Source of the DNA: Eledone cirrhosa
Lineage: Eukaryota
NCBI GenBank assembly: GCA_964016885.1
Contig: OZ024742.1
Location: 314,774,001 to 314,838,000, forward strand
Length of the DNA stretch: 64,000 nucleotides
Direction of reading: 5' to 3'
Shown here piece by piece: positions 43,975-61,371 of the stretch (its first letter is position 1; each line of letters starts with the position of its first letter). The notes below the pieces were generated by a model. It saw only the letters and a program-made list of their open reading frames with translations, did no database searches and had not been told where the DNA came from. The translations under genes and the position numbers were made by a program.

Positions 43975-44268
43975 TCCAGAAAAAGATTTACAACAGCTCT
44001 GGCTAGCAGAATATGGGATTTGAAAGACCAAGGTATCCAATATAAATTGGATTGGTCAATTTTGAACCAATCTAAAGAATATGCAAGAGGAACAAGAAAA
44101 TGCACGCTCTGCATAAATGAAAAATATTGGATCTTGCAAAATCTTAAATCACCAAAGACCTGCCTGAACACAAAGACAGAAATTTTCACCAGTTGCCCAC
44201 ACATGAAATCACACCTGCTTTCCAGCTCATATAAACTTAACACACTTTCAGATACTTATCCTCCATAA
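43975..44268 (+). pseudogene. PLE ORF extreme C-terminal fragment
   Basis: TALASRIWDLKDQGIQYKLDWSIL..CTLCINEKYWIL..LNTKTEIFTSCPH matches the C-terminus of the 677-aa ORF. Confidence 0.85.
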
Positions 44269-45720
44269 ACTCTTATTATTCTCTTTATGACTACCCTTTC
44301 TGATTTACTTTCATTTTTATTTTTATCCTTATTATTAATTTCATTTTTATTTTTATTTCTATTTTTATTATTTTTATTATTATATATATTTTTTTTTTTT
44401 TTTTTTAATTAATATTAGTTTTATTTTTATTTTCATTTTTACTTCACATCCACCAATAACCCCCCCCCCCTTATTCTCCGATTCACTTACCTAATATCCT
44501 CACTTTCTACTTTTTACTTCCCTATTTTCTTCACTACCTGATTACATAGGTCACTTGCGTTTTCCACACCAGATATTTTTTTGTTATATCGCAGCCAATC
44601 TTATAATTTTATATTTATACTTACTTATCCACAAGGCTTTTTACACCCTGTATCTATGTGTCTGAGCGCCTTAATATGTGTATACTTTCTATATATGTAC
44701 ACGAACGCCTCCGGATGTGCGCGCGCGTGCGTGTGTATATATATATATATATTTATGTGTATGTATATGTGTTCTTATATCTGTGTTTTTACATCTATGT
44801 TTTTTGTTTTGTTTTTTATTCTCTTTTTACATCCTCATTTTCATGTGTGTGCATGTAAACAGGTCAATATGCGTGATTTTTACACTGTTGAGATATTGCA
44901 CAGTCGTTATAATATCAATCTCTATATCCTTTTATTGTGAAATGTTTTATTATTTTTCTTTAGTTTCTAATTAAAGTCGTTCTAGCTGTGACATTCCAGT
45001 TTCCTTTTAAAATACATATGTTTTGCAATCAAATATATACCAATTAATGATTGCATATCAGTATATCAAACTATGTTATTAAGCCTTAGTGGTAGTATTA
45101 ATACATTGCATTAACGCATATAAATGCAGGTTTAAACTCACGGTATGTTCAAAGTTTTTAGAGAAATGATTTCTCAGAATCCAAACAGAAGAGTAATTGT
45201 TTGATGCATCATTTAGTTTATTAAATAGATAATCTCTACTTGAGCTTTGATCAGAATGTCTGACTTTGTGAAATTAATCTAAATCATTTTATGAATGTAA
45301 TATTAACCATATACCAGCGACAATCTAAGAAACCATTACGCATACATGATTAATTGTGACATCGTTACGAATATCACATAACAACATAACAAAAAATGAC
45401 ATCAAGAAAATTATATAAACCGTATTAGTCTCAGGTGAGATTTAAATCGTAAACATATTTTCCTCTGAGATAATTTTGTTATTTACCAGATTAGACGAGT
45501 GGACGTCTTTCTTTCTCTTTTTAGTCTTTTTATTAAATTCAATAGCTATGATCATTGGATTACGGCCATGCAAAAGCAATGTTTTAACGACTTTAGCTGA
45601 CTAATGTTGACCCCATTAATTTCATGGTACTATTTTATCATTTAAGCAAGTGACAGCGAAACGGAGTGAATCGCGTATCTTGAATAAAGTACGTTGTCGA
45701 TGCATTAAAAACAAAAAATG

Positions 45721-45828
45721 TTTCGCTAATGTTAGAGAGAAACTTATTTTGTTTGTAATTTTCGGCAAAGCCAGCTGGCTTTGACGAAAATTACAAACAA
45801 AATAAGTTTCGCTCTAACATTAGCGAAA
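45721..45828. repeat. 108-bp near-perfect palindrome (MITE-like)
   Basis: tttcgctaatgttagag...agccagctggct...ctctaacattagcgaaa. Confidence 0.8.
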
Positions 45829-46458
45829 ATCAGACTAATCAGTCGATATATACTTTAGACATTACTATACATTCTCAAGCGTTCTAGTGTCTGACAGAAG
45901 AGTGATACAGAATTTGGCAAAGGGCATAAATAATATTTTCGATTATTTCTCTCTGTCACCACTAGAATAAAAGGATGACGATGGTCGTCTAAAACACATA
46001 GCATATTGAGTCTGTTTGTTTGCAAACGAATCGAATATAATTAATATTCGATATAAAACTCACGAATGCATTTACCTATTCGCCATTTTAAAGCGAAATT
46101 AATTATGCTTTTAAAATAAATACTATATATTACAAAATATAATAAGTATTTCTTTTTGTGTATTAAAGTAATAGTATCTTTTAACTTTGATTTTTTGTAA
46201 ATATCCAAACATTTATTTGATTCAAAGTGAATCAGAGAAAGCATTTCTATTTTTATAACATCTTCTGTAATTTCTTTGTTGAAATTCCATTTTTGCATGA
46301 GGTGACACTTTCATTTGAAGTATATTCTGAAGCTAATGAATATTTGGAATTGATGGAGTAGACATTTTCGCATGAAGGCCTTCGGCTGATTTTAAGTTTA
46401 GAGTTTGTTTGAAATTAAAATAACATAAACAAATTAAATATAGAAAATTAACACTTAC

Positions 46459-46580
46459 CTCGCCGATATTTCCTTTGGAGGCCCCTTACTGTCACGACGC
46501 AATTCTTCTTCCAACTCATTTTCAATCTTATCCGCATAGCCATGGGTTTTTGCTAATATCAAGGTCTCAGCTACGAGCGC
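46459..46580 (-). CDS. HVCN1: Putative upstream coding exon of the Hv channel gene (N-terminal cytoplasmic region)
   Basis: ctacag|...|gtaagt around a 122 bp open exon encoding ALVAETLILAKTHGYADKIENELEEELRRDSKGPPKEISA. It ends in phase 2 (AG), which the first base of exon 5401-5525 completes to AGA in frame. Confidence 0.65.
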
Positions 46581-49500
46581 CTGTAGATATTGTAGTTGTG
46601 ATTGGGAAGGAATAAAACATTGAAAAAATAAACAAAGCAGAAACTGATTAGTAAGTGGATATCAGGGATAAAGTGCATGATTTCACGTTAATAATATTTA
46701 TGCTTAACAAATAAAGTCAATTAAATTCTAAAATATAATCAGTGTGAGAGAAACTTGAAATATGTTAGTAATTGCTGCAAGAAAAATCCAATTGATACTG
46801 AAAATATGAAAATTGCAATTGTTTATTATTCATTTTAATGGTTCCCGAGAAAGAGTTGAAATTTATAGTTTTGAATTAGTAGCAGCAACATTTAATCGTA
46901 TATATTGCGCCAGCTCTCACTTTCTCGTACAAAGGTCGATATCACATATATTGAACTATAGGTAATTACTTAAGAAATATGTTCATAGGAAACAACACAT
47001 ATGTTATAAGAGGAGGTCAGGGAACTCGTTAAATAATAATGCTGCTTTAATGTATTACGATGATTCGTAAAGAAAATACATTCTTTTAATGGAAAAGGAG
47101 AGCATGTGATGAATATAAACTTCATATTAATTTAAATATCATCCAGACATTTCATAGGCTGTATCCAACAAAATATCCACGTATTTTATCGTAATGATCT
47201 ATATATGGGGCACGGGTAATATCGTCATTGTGAGGCATAGAAAGAATCCTAAATATGAATGAACTATCTATATTGTAATGTATATCAACACATCTATGAA
47301 CAAATGCACGTTAGGTTTATACAAATGCTTGCGAGATTCAATTAGTATAATTAATTTCTATAATTGATAATACTATTAGCATAATTAGCGTCATTATTAG
47401 TACTACTAGTATAATTTCTATAATAAACTAAAACTAGCACAACCACTAGCTAACTGCTTACTTATATTAGCGTAATGCGATAAATTGTTAAATGGTTTAA
47501 TCGATGAAATACATGCATTTTACTCATTCAATTGGCCCTAGAATGGTTCAAAGCACGTGCAAAATGTTGAAAATAGATTTGAAAGGCGTTTATTTCAGTG
47601 GTCTATCATTGCTACCACTTTAATGCACCGTCTATGTAAACAATAATCATAACAACCTCCCGGAGCCAAAACACACTGATGTGACACCAAAAGTTTAATG
47701 TTACTTGTATTATTGAACAGTGGATATTTGAATACAGAACATTCAATTCTAAAAGTATTTAGTTCCATACATTAATATTTTTACCAACGTATTACGTATA
47801 TACTGTTAAGAATGTTAATTATAACATAAATGATATTCCAACAAAAGTATTTTCATGAGTTAGTCACAGCAAAGTGCTTCGCCTTTTAAGCTTTTAGCGT
47901 TTCTGAACAGTCACATTCTTTCCCAATACATGATATCAGCGAACACACAAATGGTTCGAATATGATAACGAATATTTTGTACAACTTCGAATTATGTTTT
48001 ACATAAGAAAATATACAGGAATATCGTTAACGTTTCTTTCAGCAATTTCCGATTCAGAGCCTGCGTATATTTTCTCTCAACAATATGAGTATGTTTTTCA
48101 GAAGTATGGCGTACCGTAAATTTATTATATCAGCAACCATCTACGTAATCATTTTTGTTTGTTCTCAATCTTTCATCAAAATTATTTACAAGTCAATCCT
48201 GTGATTAATGGAAATTTAACATAATTGATTTGCGTTAGTTTCACGTCCCTAGTAAGTACTAGATATCTATATTATACAGACAGTCAATTAATTAAGAGGC
48301 CGTCGAGTTCATAGTGTACTACTTCAAATAGTTATCAAAATACTATGGATACCAACCAAATTTGCATATATTTGTATAATGTAGTAGCCAATATTCTGAT
48401 TACAATAATCTTGAAATTGCTTCTCGTGACTGACATATTTAAAGCACACTTCCTTTTAGTTAATCCCGTCAATATAGCATTACCAACTATACAACTGCGG
48501 TTTTTGATTTATTTAAAACACGGTTTTCTTGCAGTAGTTAACTATCAATTAGGGAGAGCTGCTAACTAGGTAGCTGGTTTTGCATATTTTGCTGAAGGGG
48601 ATGTATTGATAAACTCCAAAACCACCAACCTAAAATCTTAGCCTTCACCATTCAATTCTATTTATTCTATTATATGTAGACATCGCTATTCATTTACTTC
48701 TTTCATCATCATTGTTTGAGCTTTTATTTACGCCCTGTCTCTTTTACTAATCTTACTTCATCTGTTTTTGCTTTATATTTATCATTTATTTATGTTTCTT
48801 AGGCGTTCTTCCTTTTTGTGGGAAACTTTTTTATTCTATAATTGAAAACTATTTTTCTGAATAAAAAAGAGATTTGTGGTATTGGTAACTCAGTTATCTA
48901 CTTCATACACACATACACAAAATAACAACGTAGTAATCATTTTAATCCAGGTTCAGTGGACTAACATAATCTAATAGAGAAAAGCAGTGGTGGAGTTGAC
49001 TATAACGTGATTATGCGACCAAGTGACCAGTTAAATGGATGCGTGTATCATTCGATTATTGAGTGAAACTAAAGTGCATTAATCATTCCTGCAAATGTGA
49101 ATCAAGTGGAATAGGGAGTCAATAGATGGTGATGTGGACGTCAAGAACACAACAGACGAGATAAATACAACGCTGTATAAGAATTGTACTGGCACAAACA
49201 AAGAAATGATACCTCTAAATATTCCTAGTTTTCAATTTAATGTCAAACGTCTTTATCATTTACAGATAGTTTCGAATAAAATCACTTATTTCATTTAACA
49301 TTTACAGAGATTTTAAGAAAAGAAATAATATACATATTTAAAGTTTATGGACAAATAACACATTAAATTTAACCTTGTATACGTAGCCTTGTATATGTAG
49401 CCATGTATATGTAGCCATGTATATCTAGCTGTGAATATGTAGGCATGTATATGTAAGCGTGTAGCTTCTATCCCAGTTATTTAAAGGAAGACTGTAGGAA

Positions 49501-50511
49501 GGAGTTTGTATATGAAGTTTCAACTGCTAAAACATTCAGCAAATGCCACAAACGACACAATACATGGATAGCAATGCAAGAATCAGTGAAATAACAATGT
49601 TTAACGACAGAATAGTAACTTGAAGTCATGTTATTGTACAAAACCGAATATTAATGGAATGTCCCCTTCGAATGACAGAGATTTTTGAGTTTCCCTGTAT
49701 GACGGAATGATATTTTGTTTATAACAGAATATAATGTAAACAACGTTCATATTCAAACAAAAACAAGACCAAAGAAGCTGTCAATTAACAACGTTTAAAT
49801 CGTATGATATTATAGAAAATATTACACAAGTCACACGGCTGCATTTACTCAGATTTGCAGTCGGATCTCACAGATAATATATGTAAAGGAAGCTAGAAGT
49901 AATTTATGGCCGCACGCACCATACACAAAACAAATAAGTAAACAGGTATATGAATTCTCACAGTTACAAAGAATAATACTATAACATGCATGACACTAAT
50001 AAAAATCAGAATGAGTTGAACTACATCAAACGTATGTGTATAACTAAATTAGTCTGAGCGGCAACAAACGCAATGAATATTTGGTGAGAAACGGACATTT
50101 CATGAATGACTAATATTTTAATAATTTCGACATTTAGGGATACAACTACGTCTGTTTTCGAAGTTTATAGACCTAAACAAAGTGTAATCGTCGACATAAT
50201 TAGAAAAACAGCGATGTGAACATCGCATGACGTTTATGCTTACTGCATTAAATATATTGGAAGTAAGTTATTAATGTTCAAATGGATTGCTCCATTGAGT
50301 AACATTCCGCTGTGGTGGTTAATGTCTTCAATAGTGTAGATACACGAGAGGAAATATTTCGATATAAAATCAATACAAACGTGCACAGTAGAAAATCACA
50401 TACATACATGTACGCAGACAATTAGAAATAGTTTCTAATATTGAATTTTTGAATTCATCCATATAAAAAGAATGTGAGAAATGTTAAACAGATAGATAGA
50501 TAGACAGATAG

Positions 50512-50567
<56 letters not shown>

Positions 50568-50949
50568 AGAGAGAGAGAGTGGGTGAGAGAGAGAATGAGA
50601 GAGGAAAAGGAGGAAGAGGGTAACAAAAAAGTAGAAAAAAGATTGGCGAAATATTACTGAATTAGGTAAGTAGATCTACAACTTTTGACTTCTCGTCAGT
50701 AAGGGTAGAGCAGTGCCCATAGACTTTAGGTTTCCATGGCACCTGACACGAGTAGGACGCAAAAAGTTATACTCAAACCGGAGAAATGATCTTAACGCCT
50801 GCAATACAATGAATTCCACTAACAGCACACATGAACCAAGTAATAGTGATAAGCGGGGTGACGGTTGAATAGTACATAACTGAGAATTCGTTACGTCAAT
50901 AAAGGTTAATACTCAACAATAATACGTTGATCATAAGAGTTAAAATAAT

Positions 50950-51130
50950 TGTTTCTACTTTTGGCACAAGGCCAGCAATTATCCCAGTGCATTATTAGTT
51001 TTATCGACCCCGTAAGGATAAAAGGCAAAGTTAACCTCGAGCGGATTTGAACTGAGGCCGTAAAGTGACGTAACTATGCTGGAAAACATGGCTTCCGACC
51101 CTTCACCGATACTGCCAATTCACCGCCATA
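50950..51130 (-). mobile_element. SINE family A with TSD agttaaaataat
   Basis: Family sequence with a direct repeat on both flanks. Confidence 0.82.
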
Positions 51131-54100
51131 ACAGTTAAAATAATATGATGTTGTTCAATCTTAAAATAAAAGCATTTCAACTAAATGCCGGATTTGGTAA
51201 AACCTTTATCAGTTTAAAACTTTATAAAGTTGATTTTCCATCTTTAGTAACCAAAATGTCTTTTAGCACTAAGCTCGACATTAACGTCAATATATAATGT
51301 AGTTGAAAGAGTAGTAAGAGAAGGAATAGAAATGATAACAACGTACAATTAGATTTCAACTTTAAGTTCTAACTTGAGAATATCGATTAAATGTTTAAAA
51401 ATACATGAACACTGTTACAAAAAAGCTTAATAGCAAAATTATAACTCCCAATAATTAGTTTTTCAACTCGTTTATAATTCTAATAATATTGTTAGTCAAT
51501 ATTTAGATTTAGGTAGTTTATTTATTTAAGTATTTTGCACTTATCATTGCTCTTAATTTTTAGCGAGTCATTCTCATACTGCTGTATTAATTGTTACTTT
51601 ATAGTTGTAGCTATTATCAGTATACGCAGCAATGTCCGAGTGGTTAAAAAGTTTATTTCGCAATCACGAGATCCTGAATACTATCCCACTGCGGTACTTC
51701 GTCTATCAATGCACTGTGAGTGAAATTCGATAGATTGAAACTGTGTGAACGACCATTCTATCGAATGAAACTGTAAATTAAAGTCTATCATTGTTAAAGT
51801 CTATCATATTGCGTCATACTAATTCGACTTTGGAATAACTCAAAGACAAGCGTCTCAGGAATACTCAACCACGTGCACATTAATTCAGTAGTTGATCTCA
51901 TACCTGAATGCTCATCATTGAAATCGAAAGAGGATCCATCATCATCATCATTATCACGTGTTAACGCCATTATATTTTATAACATATTTTATACAGTAGT
52001 GTGTGGTTATGTGTTAAAAATCTTCCGAGTGTTTTACTATTGATCACGGTATCCCTTCATAGTTATTTCTGCTGATATTTATATATAATCTAGATGCTAT
52101 TTAGTACATAGGTATTTGGCATCCGAAGTAAACAGTTCTCACCTAAATGATTTTGAAGAACTATAAACATTTTGATATATAATATGATCAGAAGGCAAAT
52201 AAAACTGACGACGAGCTAAAGTTAAATACAAATCTCATTATGATAAAACAATATGAACCCTATGATAGACATTTGAATACCGATTCATTAATTAAGAAGC
52301 ACAAGGTGGCCATATAGTGGGCGTTTGTGTAACAACAAAGAAAGGGTAGGAAGATGGTAGAAGATATGAGGTTAGTTGATAACAAGTTAAGAATTCTGAA
52401 GCACCTTACTCTGTTCATCAACGATATTTCTAGACTACCTATTCGGATCGTTTATATTTCAGATAAAATATACGATGGTATTTGGAAATGGCATTTTCAA
52501 AACCATTTTTACAATATAAGAGAAGATCAATTTCCCAGCATAATCCAAATTTTATCCAAAGTAATTCGAATCATGTTGATCATATGAAAACTGTTTTAAT
52601 TGCAACTAAAATGTAGATATTAAATATAAAATTGCACACAGTTAGGAAGAAAGCACACAGTGTTAAGCCACCAGTGCACAAATATAATAATTGGTCTTAA
52701 ACGTTTAAAAAACTGATATAATAGCTAATTTAGAGTCACATATATTTAAAGGAAGAAACTATCGCTTTCGATAGAGTTACGTCATGATTGCGTGTCTAAT
52801 GAGATCTTTTATTAGCAGTTTAATGTTCTCGTCTTGCAACTGATTAATATATAACTGTTAGGAGAATAGAGATTAACTTTCGATCATCGTTTTATCTGTA
52901 TAAAGCTGTGAAGGACAATCTAATTAAACTGATAGTTTTGATGTATGAATTATCATTTCTTTTGTTTATTATTGTGCAAAGTACAACGGATGACGCTATT
53001 AAATGATTTTTTAAACAATAAAATTGTTAGAAATACACTCATATAAATTTCATGACTAGTAAATAAATATTTAATCACAAATGTGAGGTTACATATGTCT
53101 TATTACATTACCAAGAAGTACGCATAGATGCCGTCTCATCGAAAAGATTAGTTGTGTTTATAACACGTAGCCTCGAGAAATTGTTTTCCATGTAGTTTCA
53201 CTAACCTTTTCTAATAACACATTTCCTTGTTTATTGAACAAGCGATTGGAACATTTACCGTTAAATATTGAATAAAATCTTATATAATTGTCAATATCTA
53301 ACGACTGGAGTGATTTCTAATTTTTATGATCTAGCAATGTCAAAGGGCAAGGTCAAATTTTGCTTCTATATAAATAAACATCTTACAAGAATCAATAGAT
53401 TTATGGCTGAGAAAATTGAAAGATTTGATAGCCAGACCTTTCCAATAGATAAAAAAAAAAGATATAAAGTCATGTTGCCATTTTTTCCATTAGGAAAACA
53501 CCCAGTAACATGAATTTTCCTTTGAATTATGTTGAAATATTTATCATTAACTTTATTATTAATGCATATTTTATATATTGGTAGGGGTTGGACAGTATAA
53601 CTGATGATAACAGTTTAGATAGATTGAAATTCTCCTTTCAAATAATTTCTGCGCAAAATCTCTTATATCCAAAATGAAAACATCACTTAATCTCTCTACT
53701 GTTAAGATATATAATTTCAAAATATATTACCTACATTGGTGTTCTAATTATACTCCGTAAATGAGGTACTATAAATTTTTCACCCTCGGAAACTGACACA
53801 ATCGCAATTTGAACATTATCAAGATATTTTTTACCGAATGATGATAAAAGAAATAAATGGTGGTGGACTCTAATATTGTACCTCTAAACACATTATATTT
53901 TCGAATGCCACGTGAACAACTTATTTAGTTTTAACAGAGGTACACAATTATACAGACTACCTAAAATTAGACATTATTACTAACAACACTGAATGACTTT
54001 GTTGTAAACGAAAACGTTACAGTAAATATTTCGTGATATGAAGAAATATCTGAAAAGATGCAGAAACTATTTAAGTAACCATTTCATTCTTACTTTCAGA

Positions 54101-55554
54101 TAGAGTTTTAGATAATTACAGCATTGACAAAATTCGATACTCGTAAAATCAACGTTGATCATTGCCAATTAGTTCCTTTGAAATTAAATTTGTTAAGCTA
54201 TAGTGAAGTTAACATGCGAATATAATCTGCTTGAGGTTGTTCAATTAAAATATGATGTAGATCTAATGATATTAATGAGGTAGTAAAATTAATTAAATTA
54301 ATTACATGAAGGAGAAATAAACATCATTATAATTGCTGAATGGATGAAGTCCGAATTCTCTATTTCTGTTTAACATGAGTATTCAATCGCACGTTTATCT
54401 CAAAGTAACATTAAAAGCAATTTCAAAATCTAAACTACTACGTCCTAATGTTTAATGATTGGAGTCAAAGTGGCAAAATCGCTATTTTGAGGGTATTAAT
54501 ATATTACATTATGTAGAGTGCACTACATAATTGACAGATATTTCATCAATCTATGACCGATGAAAAACAAAAGCTTATTTACATAGAATAGCAGTCAAAT
54601 TGTACAGGAACGAATCAGCCGTCAAACGTTTATGAAAAAACTGTAGATTCCTCAATCGATTTCTGGAAATGTATATGACGATCCATTGTGCTATGATACA
54701 AGTCTTAATTGTTATGGCTATCTCCCAAAATATGTATGGCTTTTTTCAATTTTAATACAATAATAGTTTTGGCAACTTCATTGCATATCACAACTTTGGC
54801 AGGTAAAGGTAAGCTGACATATTAAATTATTTCTAGAGAAATATTTTTAATTATATTTGATATTTCATAGTTGTCGCTAGTGGGGTATATATGAAAACAT
54901 TTGGTATGATTTAACCAGACAATGAAAAATATATGTGAAGAATAAACCATGTCAGAAATAAACTTAAATATAAAAACAAATATATCAAAATGAACCAGCA
55001 AAATAACGAATCAATAAATTAAATATTTCAGATAAACTCAATAAGTATAAATAGCGGCTTGAAAATTTGGAAGAAAACAAAAACCAAATATTTTCCTAAA
55101 ATGAGAATGAGATACCGAAGTTATATTTTATGATATCATGATTTAAGTATCTTTAACCAGGAGTTTAAAGATTCTTGGATACATGATACATATGCTACTG
55201 ATATACAAGGTTCAAATAGTAATGATAGATTAAAAAAAAAAATTGTATATGCAACTAATTCCACCATTCTATGTTGCATGTGCTAAATATAATTCAGAAC
55301 TGACATGCTCTGTAAATATATATGACAACGTACATCGTAATATTTAAGAACATTTAGTTTAAATTCGATGCATAGAACATGTGATGAGAATATATGTGAT
55401 TCAGAAGTATCATGATTTCTGCGAGTGTGCACATTCTTTAAAAGCGCATGTATTTTCTTGCGTCTGGAGTAGGTTTATTAATTTTTTATATATTAAGTAG
55501 GACTTCATCGACAAATCCAAATTGTTTTTCTTGGGCTAAATCTAGAGGATTACA

Positions 55555-55600
<46 letters not shown>

Positions 55601-55671
55601 TTTGTAAAGTATGAAAGTCGGTGAATGTATTTATATATGTCAATGTTTCACAATTCAATATAGTGAAGAAT

Positions 55672-55702
<31 letters not shown>

Positions 55703-55784
55703 AATTAGTCCGGGTTCAATCGGCGGTCACGAATGAAACAGTTCTAGTCCTGTAGAAGTTTTTCTATATATATATATATATATA

Positions 55785-56170
55785 AAATAAAATAATTAAG
55801 TCAAATATTTAAAATTTGGCTTTGTTTATTAAAAATGTACTGCTATATATATTTCGGTGGCAGCAATCATTGGCTGTGACCTCTTCAGGCATTCCAAATT
55901 GGTGTGGTAGAGCCGGGTACACATGTTGTTAAAGTGATTTCTCTCATATGATTCCAGTTCTTCAAGGAAATAACAACCCAACCAGGAGCTGGACATATCG
56001 GAGTATTAACGGAGAAAAACACATTAAGAATATGTGTACCTGTCTCTACCACACTAATTCGGACTGCCTGAAGAGGCCACAGCCAATGATGGCTGTCACC
56101 GAAATATATATAGCAGTACATCTTTGATAAACGAAGCCAAATTTTAAATATTTGACTTAATTATTTTATT
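55785..56170. repeat. Fold-back element with HHR in both arms
   Basis: 55785-55927 is the approximate reverse complement of 56029-56170. Confidence 0.8.
56063..56117 (+). ncRNA. Type I hammerhead ribozyme (mirror copy 55839-55893 -)
   Basis: ACUGC CUGAAGA GG cc ACAGCCA auga UGGCUGU ca CC GAAA UAUAUA UA^GCAGU. Confidence 0.83.
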
Positions 56171-56263
56171 TTACATTACTCCGGAGTAACCAAACCAACC
56201 TGCGTACTTCGTCGAGTGCTCCATTCTGCATACTGAGGTGTCGGTAAACAACCAACATATACT

Positions 56264-56303
<40 letters not shown>

Positions 56304-56379
56304 CGAAGGAAATGTGGTAAGGAACCAGATGGACCATAACGCACCAAAGTACTCAATACTTAGGGTAGTAGAGTGGGTA

Positions 56380-56490
56380 ATAGGAACAAGTATGACCCCG
56401 AGGGCAGAGCTCAAGCCGTTTCGACGGCTAATTCTGGACAGAATTAGCCGTCGAAACGGCTTGAGCTCTGCCGTCGGGGTCATACTTGTT

Positions 56491-56494
<4 letters not shown>
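56380..56494. repeat. ~115-bp near-perfect GC-rich hairpin abutting (TA)n
   Basis: taggaacaagtatgacccc...aattctggacagaatt...ggggtcatacttgttccta. Confidence 0.85.
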
Positions 56495-56563
<69 letters not shown>

Positions 56564-56878
56564 CGGCGATGAATTAGTTTTGCGAGGTTTTTGATATGAA
56601 ATCGTGTGTCGAAACAAATATTGTTATATATATATATATATATATATATATAACATGCACACACGTTATATAGATATACACATGCTGGTTTTCATTTTAA
56701 TTTATTATAAATTTACGGTTGGTTCGTTGCTTCGATAACCGGAAAGTTGCTTATATTTTGTCAAAGATCTTTCGTCACATATATGTTGCGTTTACTGTCA
56801 TATTTTTCCTACGTTCATTTCATACCTATATAAATGTGATGCATGATGCAAATTTGGTGTATATATTTATATGGTTCG

Positions 56879-56946
<68 letters not shown>

Positions 56947-57478
56947 ATGTGTGTGTTTATGTGTGTGCGTATGTGTGTGTGTGGGGGGGGGGGTATGTAT
57001 GTTGTGAGCAAACAAAAGCTAAATTAATAGCTAGATCGATGAAGATTTAGAGATCTGTTACGTGCAAATAAATATATAAAGATTATCTCAACGCTTTGAG
57101 TAGCTGCCAAGAGGTGGTGAGAAATGTCGATGAATTAGTAATAAATTTCAGGAGAATGATGTCATTTTAATAATTGCTACAGTATTGATATCCACAGAAA
57201 AATAGAAATGTTACATTGTTTTATAAAATGTTACTCACGTAAAAACGAGTAACTGCTACATATTTCTATTTATTTAAACCACAGATTGTGTATGATCACT
57301 ATGTATCTTTAGTGCAAATGCGCTAGGTTTTACATGTAATGTATTTTATAAGAGACATAATACGTTGAAAATGTGAATTTCACTTAAATATGAATTTAAA
57401 TGATAAGTCGCTTCTAACAGTATCCTTTTCAAAATATATATGCTCGTGTTTTACTAACGTTCACGAATAAAGGCACAC

Positions 57479-57529
<51 letters not shown>

Positions 57530-57756
57530 TATATACATATATATATATATATATTTATATATAAGTCAGGTGGAAATATCCAAGGGTGAGAGCACTCAGT
57601 CCATAGGATGAGTTTAGTATAAATAATTACAACAGCGACATAAACAGGTACTAAAGTGTCGTTGGGCTCTGGACCCCAAATCATTCAACCTGACCGGCTG
57701 AATGAGTTGGGATCCAGAACACAACGAAATGTGAGTGCCTGTTTATGTCACTGTTG

Positions 57757-59500
<1,744 letters not shown>

Positions 59501-59624
59501 AGAAAGGGTATGTATGTGGTGTGGACTGTGTGTCTGTGTGTGCGGAGGTGCGGTAGACAGGGAAGAAGATGGGTAGGTGTGAAATATATATATATATATG
59601 TATATATATTTATATATAGATCTT

Positions 59625-59680
<56 letters not shown>

Positions 59681-59712
59681 TTTATATATACATATATATA
59701 TATACATATATT

Positions 59713-59759
<47 letters not shown>

Positions 59760-60045
59760 GTGAGGTTTTCTTTACAAAGTGAAAAATAACCGAGGTGTCC
59801 TACACGAGTGAAAGTATAAAGAAAAAAAGATGAAATCGAAAATTCAACTGGAGTCTTATTCTAAAAAAATATATATATATTTATTTGGTTCCTTTACCGT
59901 CTGTGGTTTTTCTGTGAGAAAAACCACAGACCCTCCATCTCAACTCTACTTTTAAAAAGCAGAAGAACTGCGAATCCGGTAAAGGAACCAAATAAATATA
60001 TATATTTTTTTTAGAATAAGACTCCAGTTGTTTTCGTTTTCATCT

Positions 60046-60089
<44 letters not shown>

Positions 60090-60095
<6 letters not shown>

Positions 60096-60330
60096 GAGAC
60101 TGAGGTTGGCTGGTCATGCTCACCGACATCCAGAGTTGACATTGCACTCAGTGCTCCTGTGGGAGCCCCTACATAGACACACTAGAAGGGAAGACCAAGG
60201 TTAACGTATGTTGATGCCCTAAGGACAGACACTGGTCTGTTGGAGACGCAGGACATGGCAGCGATAATGAGGGACAGAGACCGCTGGAGAGAACTCGTCC
60301 ATGGATCTCGGGAATTTTACCCGCCTTAGA
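60090..60330 (+). mobile_element. RTE-type LINE 3' end
   Basis: RLRLAGHAHRHPEL..VLLWEP..GRPRLTYVDALRTDTGL followed by a (tagat)-like tail. Confidence 0.75.
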
Positions 60331-60678
60331 TAGATATAGATATATATATAAAGTAACTAAAATTAATATAACATTTCCTATTTTCTGTGCATATCGTGAT
60401 GAGTTAGTGTTCTTTTACATAAGCAGTCGTGCAAACTGGTTGTATCTAAACATAACTGTTTGCATGGTGTCCTCACAACAGCAAACACATGCCTTGGATA
60501 CATACCTTCAGTAATTTTCATTGTAATGTATTAAAGCAAATCAAATACTTTTCGCAATATATATTTTCTATTTTGTTCATTACAGCTCTTTTTTCAATAT
60601 TGCGCGTAATGTATTGATTCAAAATCAGTGTTTAAAGAACTCTATTGTAAATTTTTGTAAAAACAAACGTACACTCAA

Positions 60679-60717
<39 letters not shown>

Positions 60718-60855
60718 CACGTGTGTGTGCGTGTATGTATATATGCGCTCTTATGTGCATGTATATATATATATATATATATAGTGGATGTTACATAGAT
60801 ATAGTGTATATAGGCGTTTATAAGTTGCATATATACATACATATACATCGATACG

Positions 60856-60892
<37 letters not shown>

Positions 60893-61018
60893 ATGTGTGT
60901 ATGTGTGTATGTCTGTGTGTGTGTGTGTATTTACAGACAATATACAAAGACAATTTATTTGGAGGCGGAAGAGAAATCACAGTTTAAGATTTTTGATTTT
61001 CCTTCAATAATTTTACGA

Positions 61019-61053
<35 letters not shown>

Positions 61054-61064
61054 GTTATTATTGG

Positions 61065-61270
61065 GAGTGTCGGTAGAGCGTTGGACAACATGTTTTGCTG
61101 CATTTAGTTACATCCCTTTACGTTCTGAGTTCAAATACCTCCGAGATTAGCTTTGCCATTCATACCTACGGCGTCGATAACATCTAAGTACCAGTAACGC
61201 ACTGAGGTTGATTTAATCGATTTTCCTATTCACAAAATTGTTGACCTTGTGCCAGATGTAGAAACAATTA
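61065..61270 (+). mobile_element. SINE family A, diverged
   Basis: tcggtagagcg...gagttcaaatacc...tttgccattcat...gtgccagatgtagaaacaatt. Confidence 0.7.
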
Positions 61271-61371
61271 TTAGTATTATTAAGGCTGGAACCGTTTGAG
61301 TGTCGAACAGATAAAATGTGCTCATTCTTTTTAAGTTCATTTCAAATGTCGCAAACTTCAACTTAACTGTT

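Noticed and set aside
46600-55500. Repeat-poor AT-rich region possibly holding the first exon/promoter of the Hv gene
   Set aside because: No exon or regulatory element could be supported from sequence alone.
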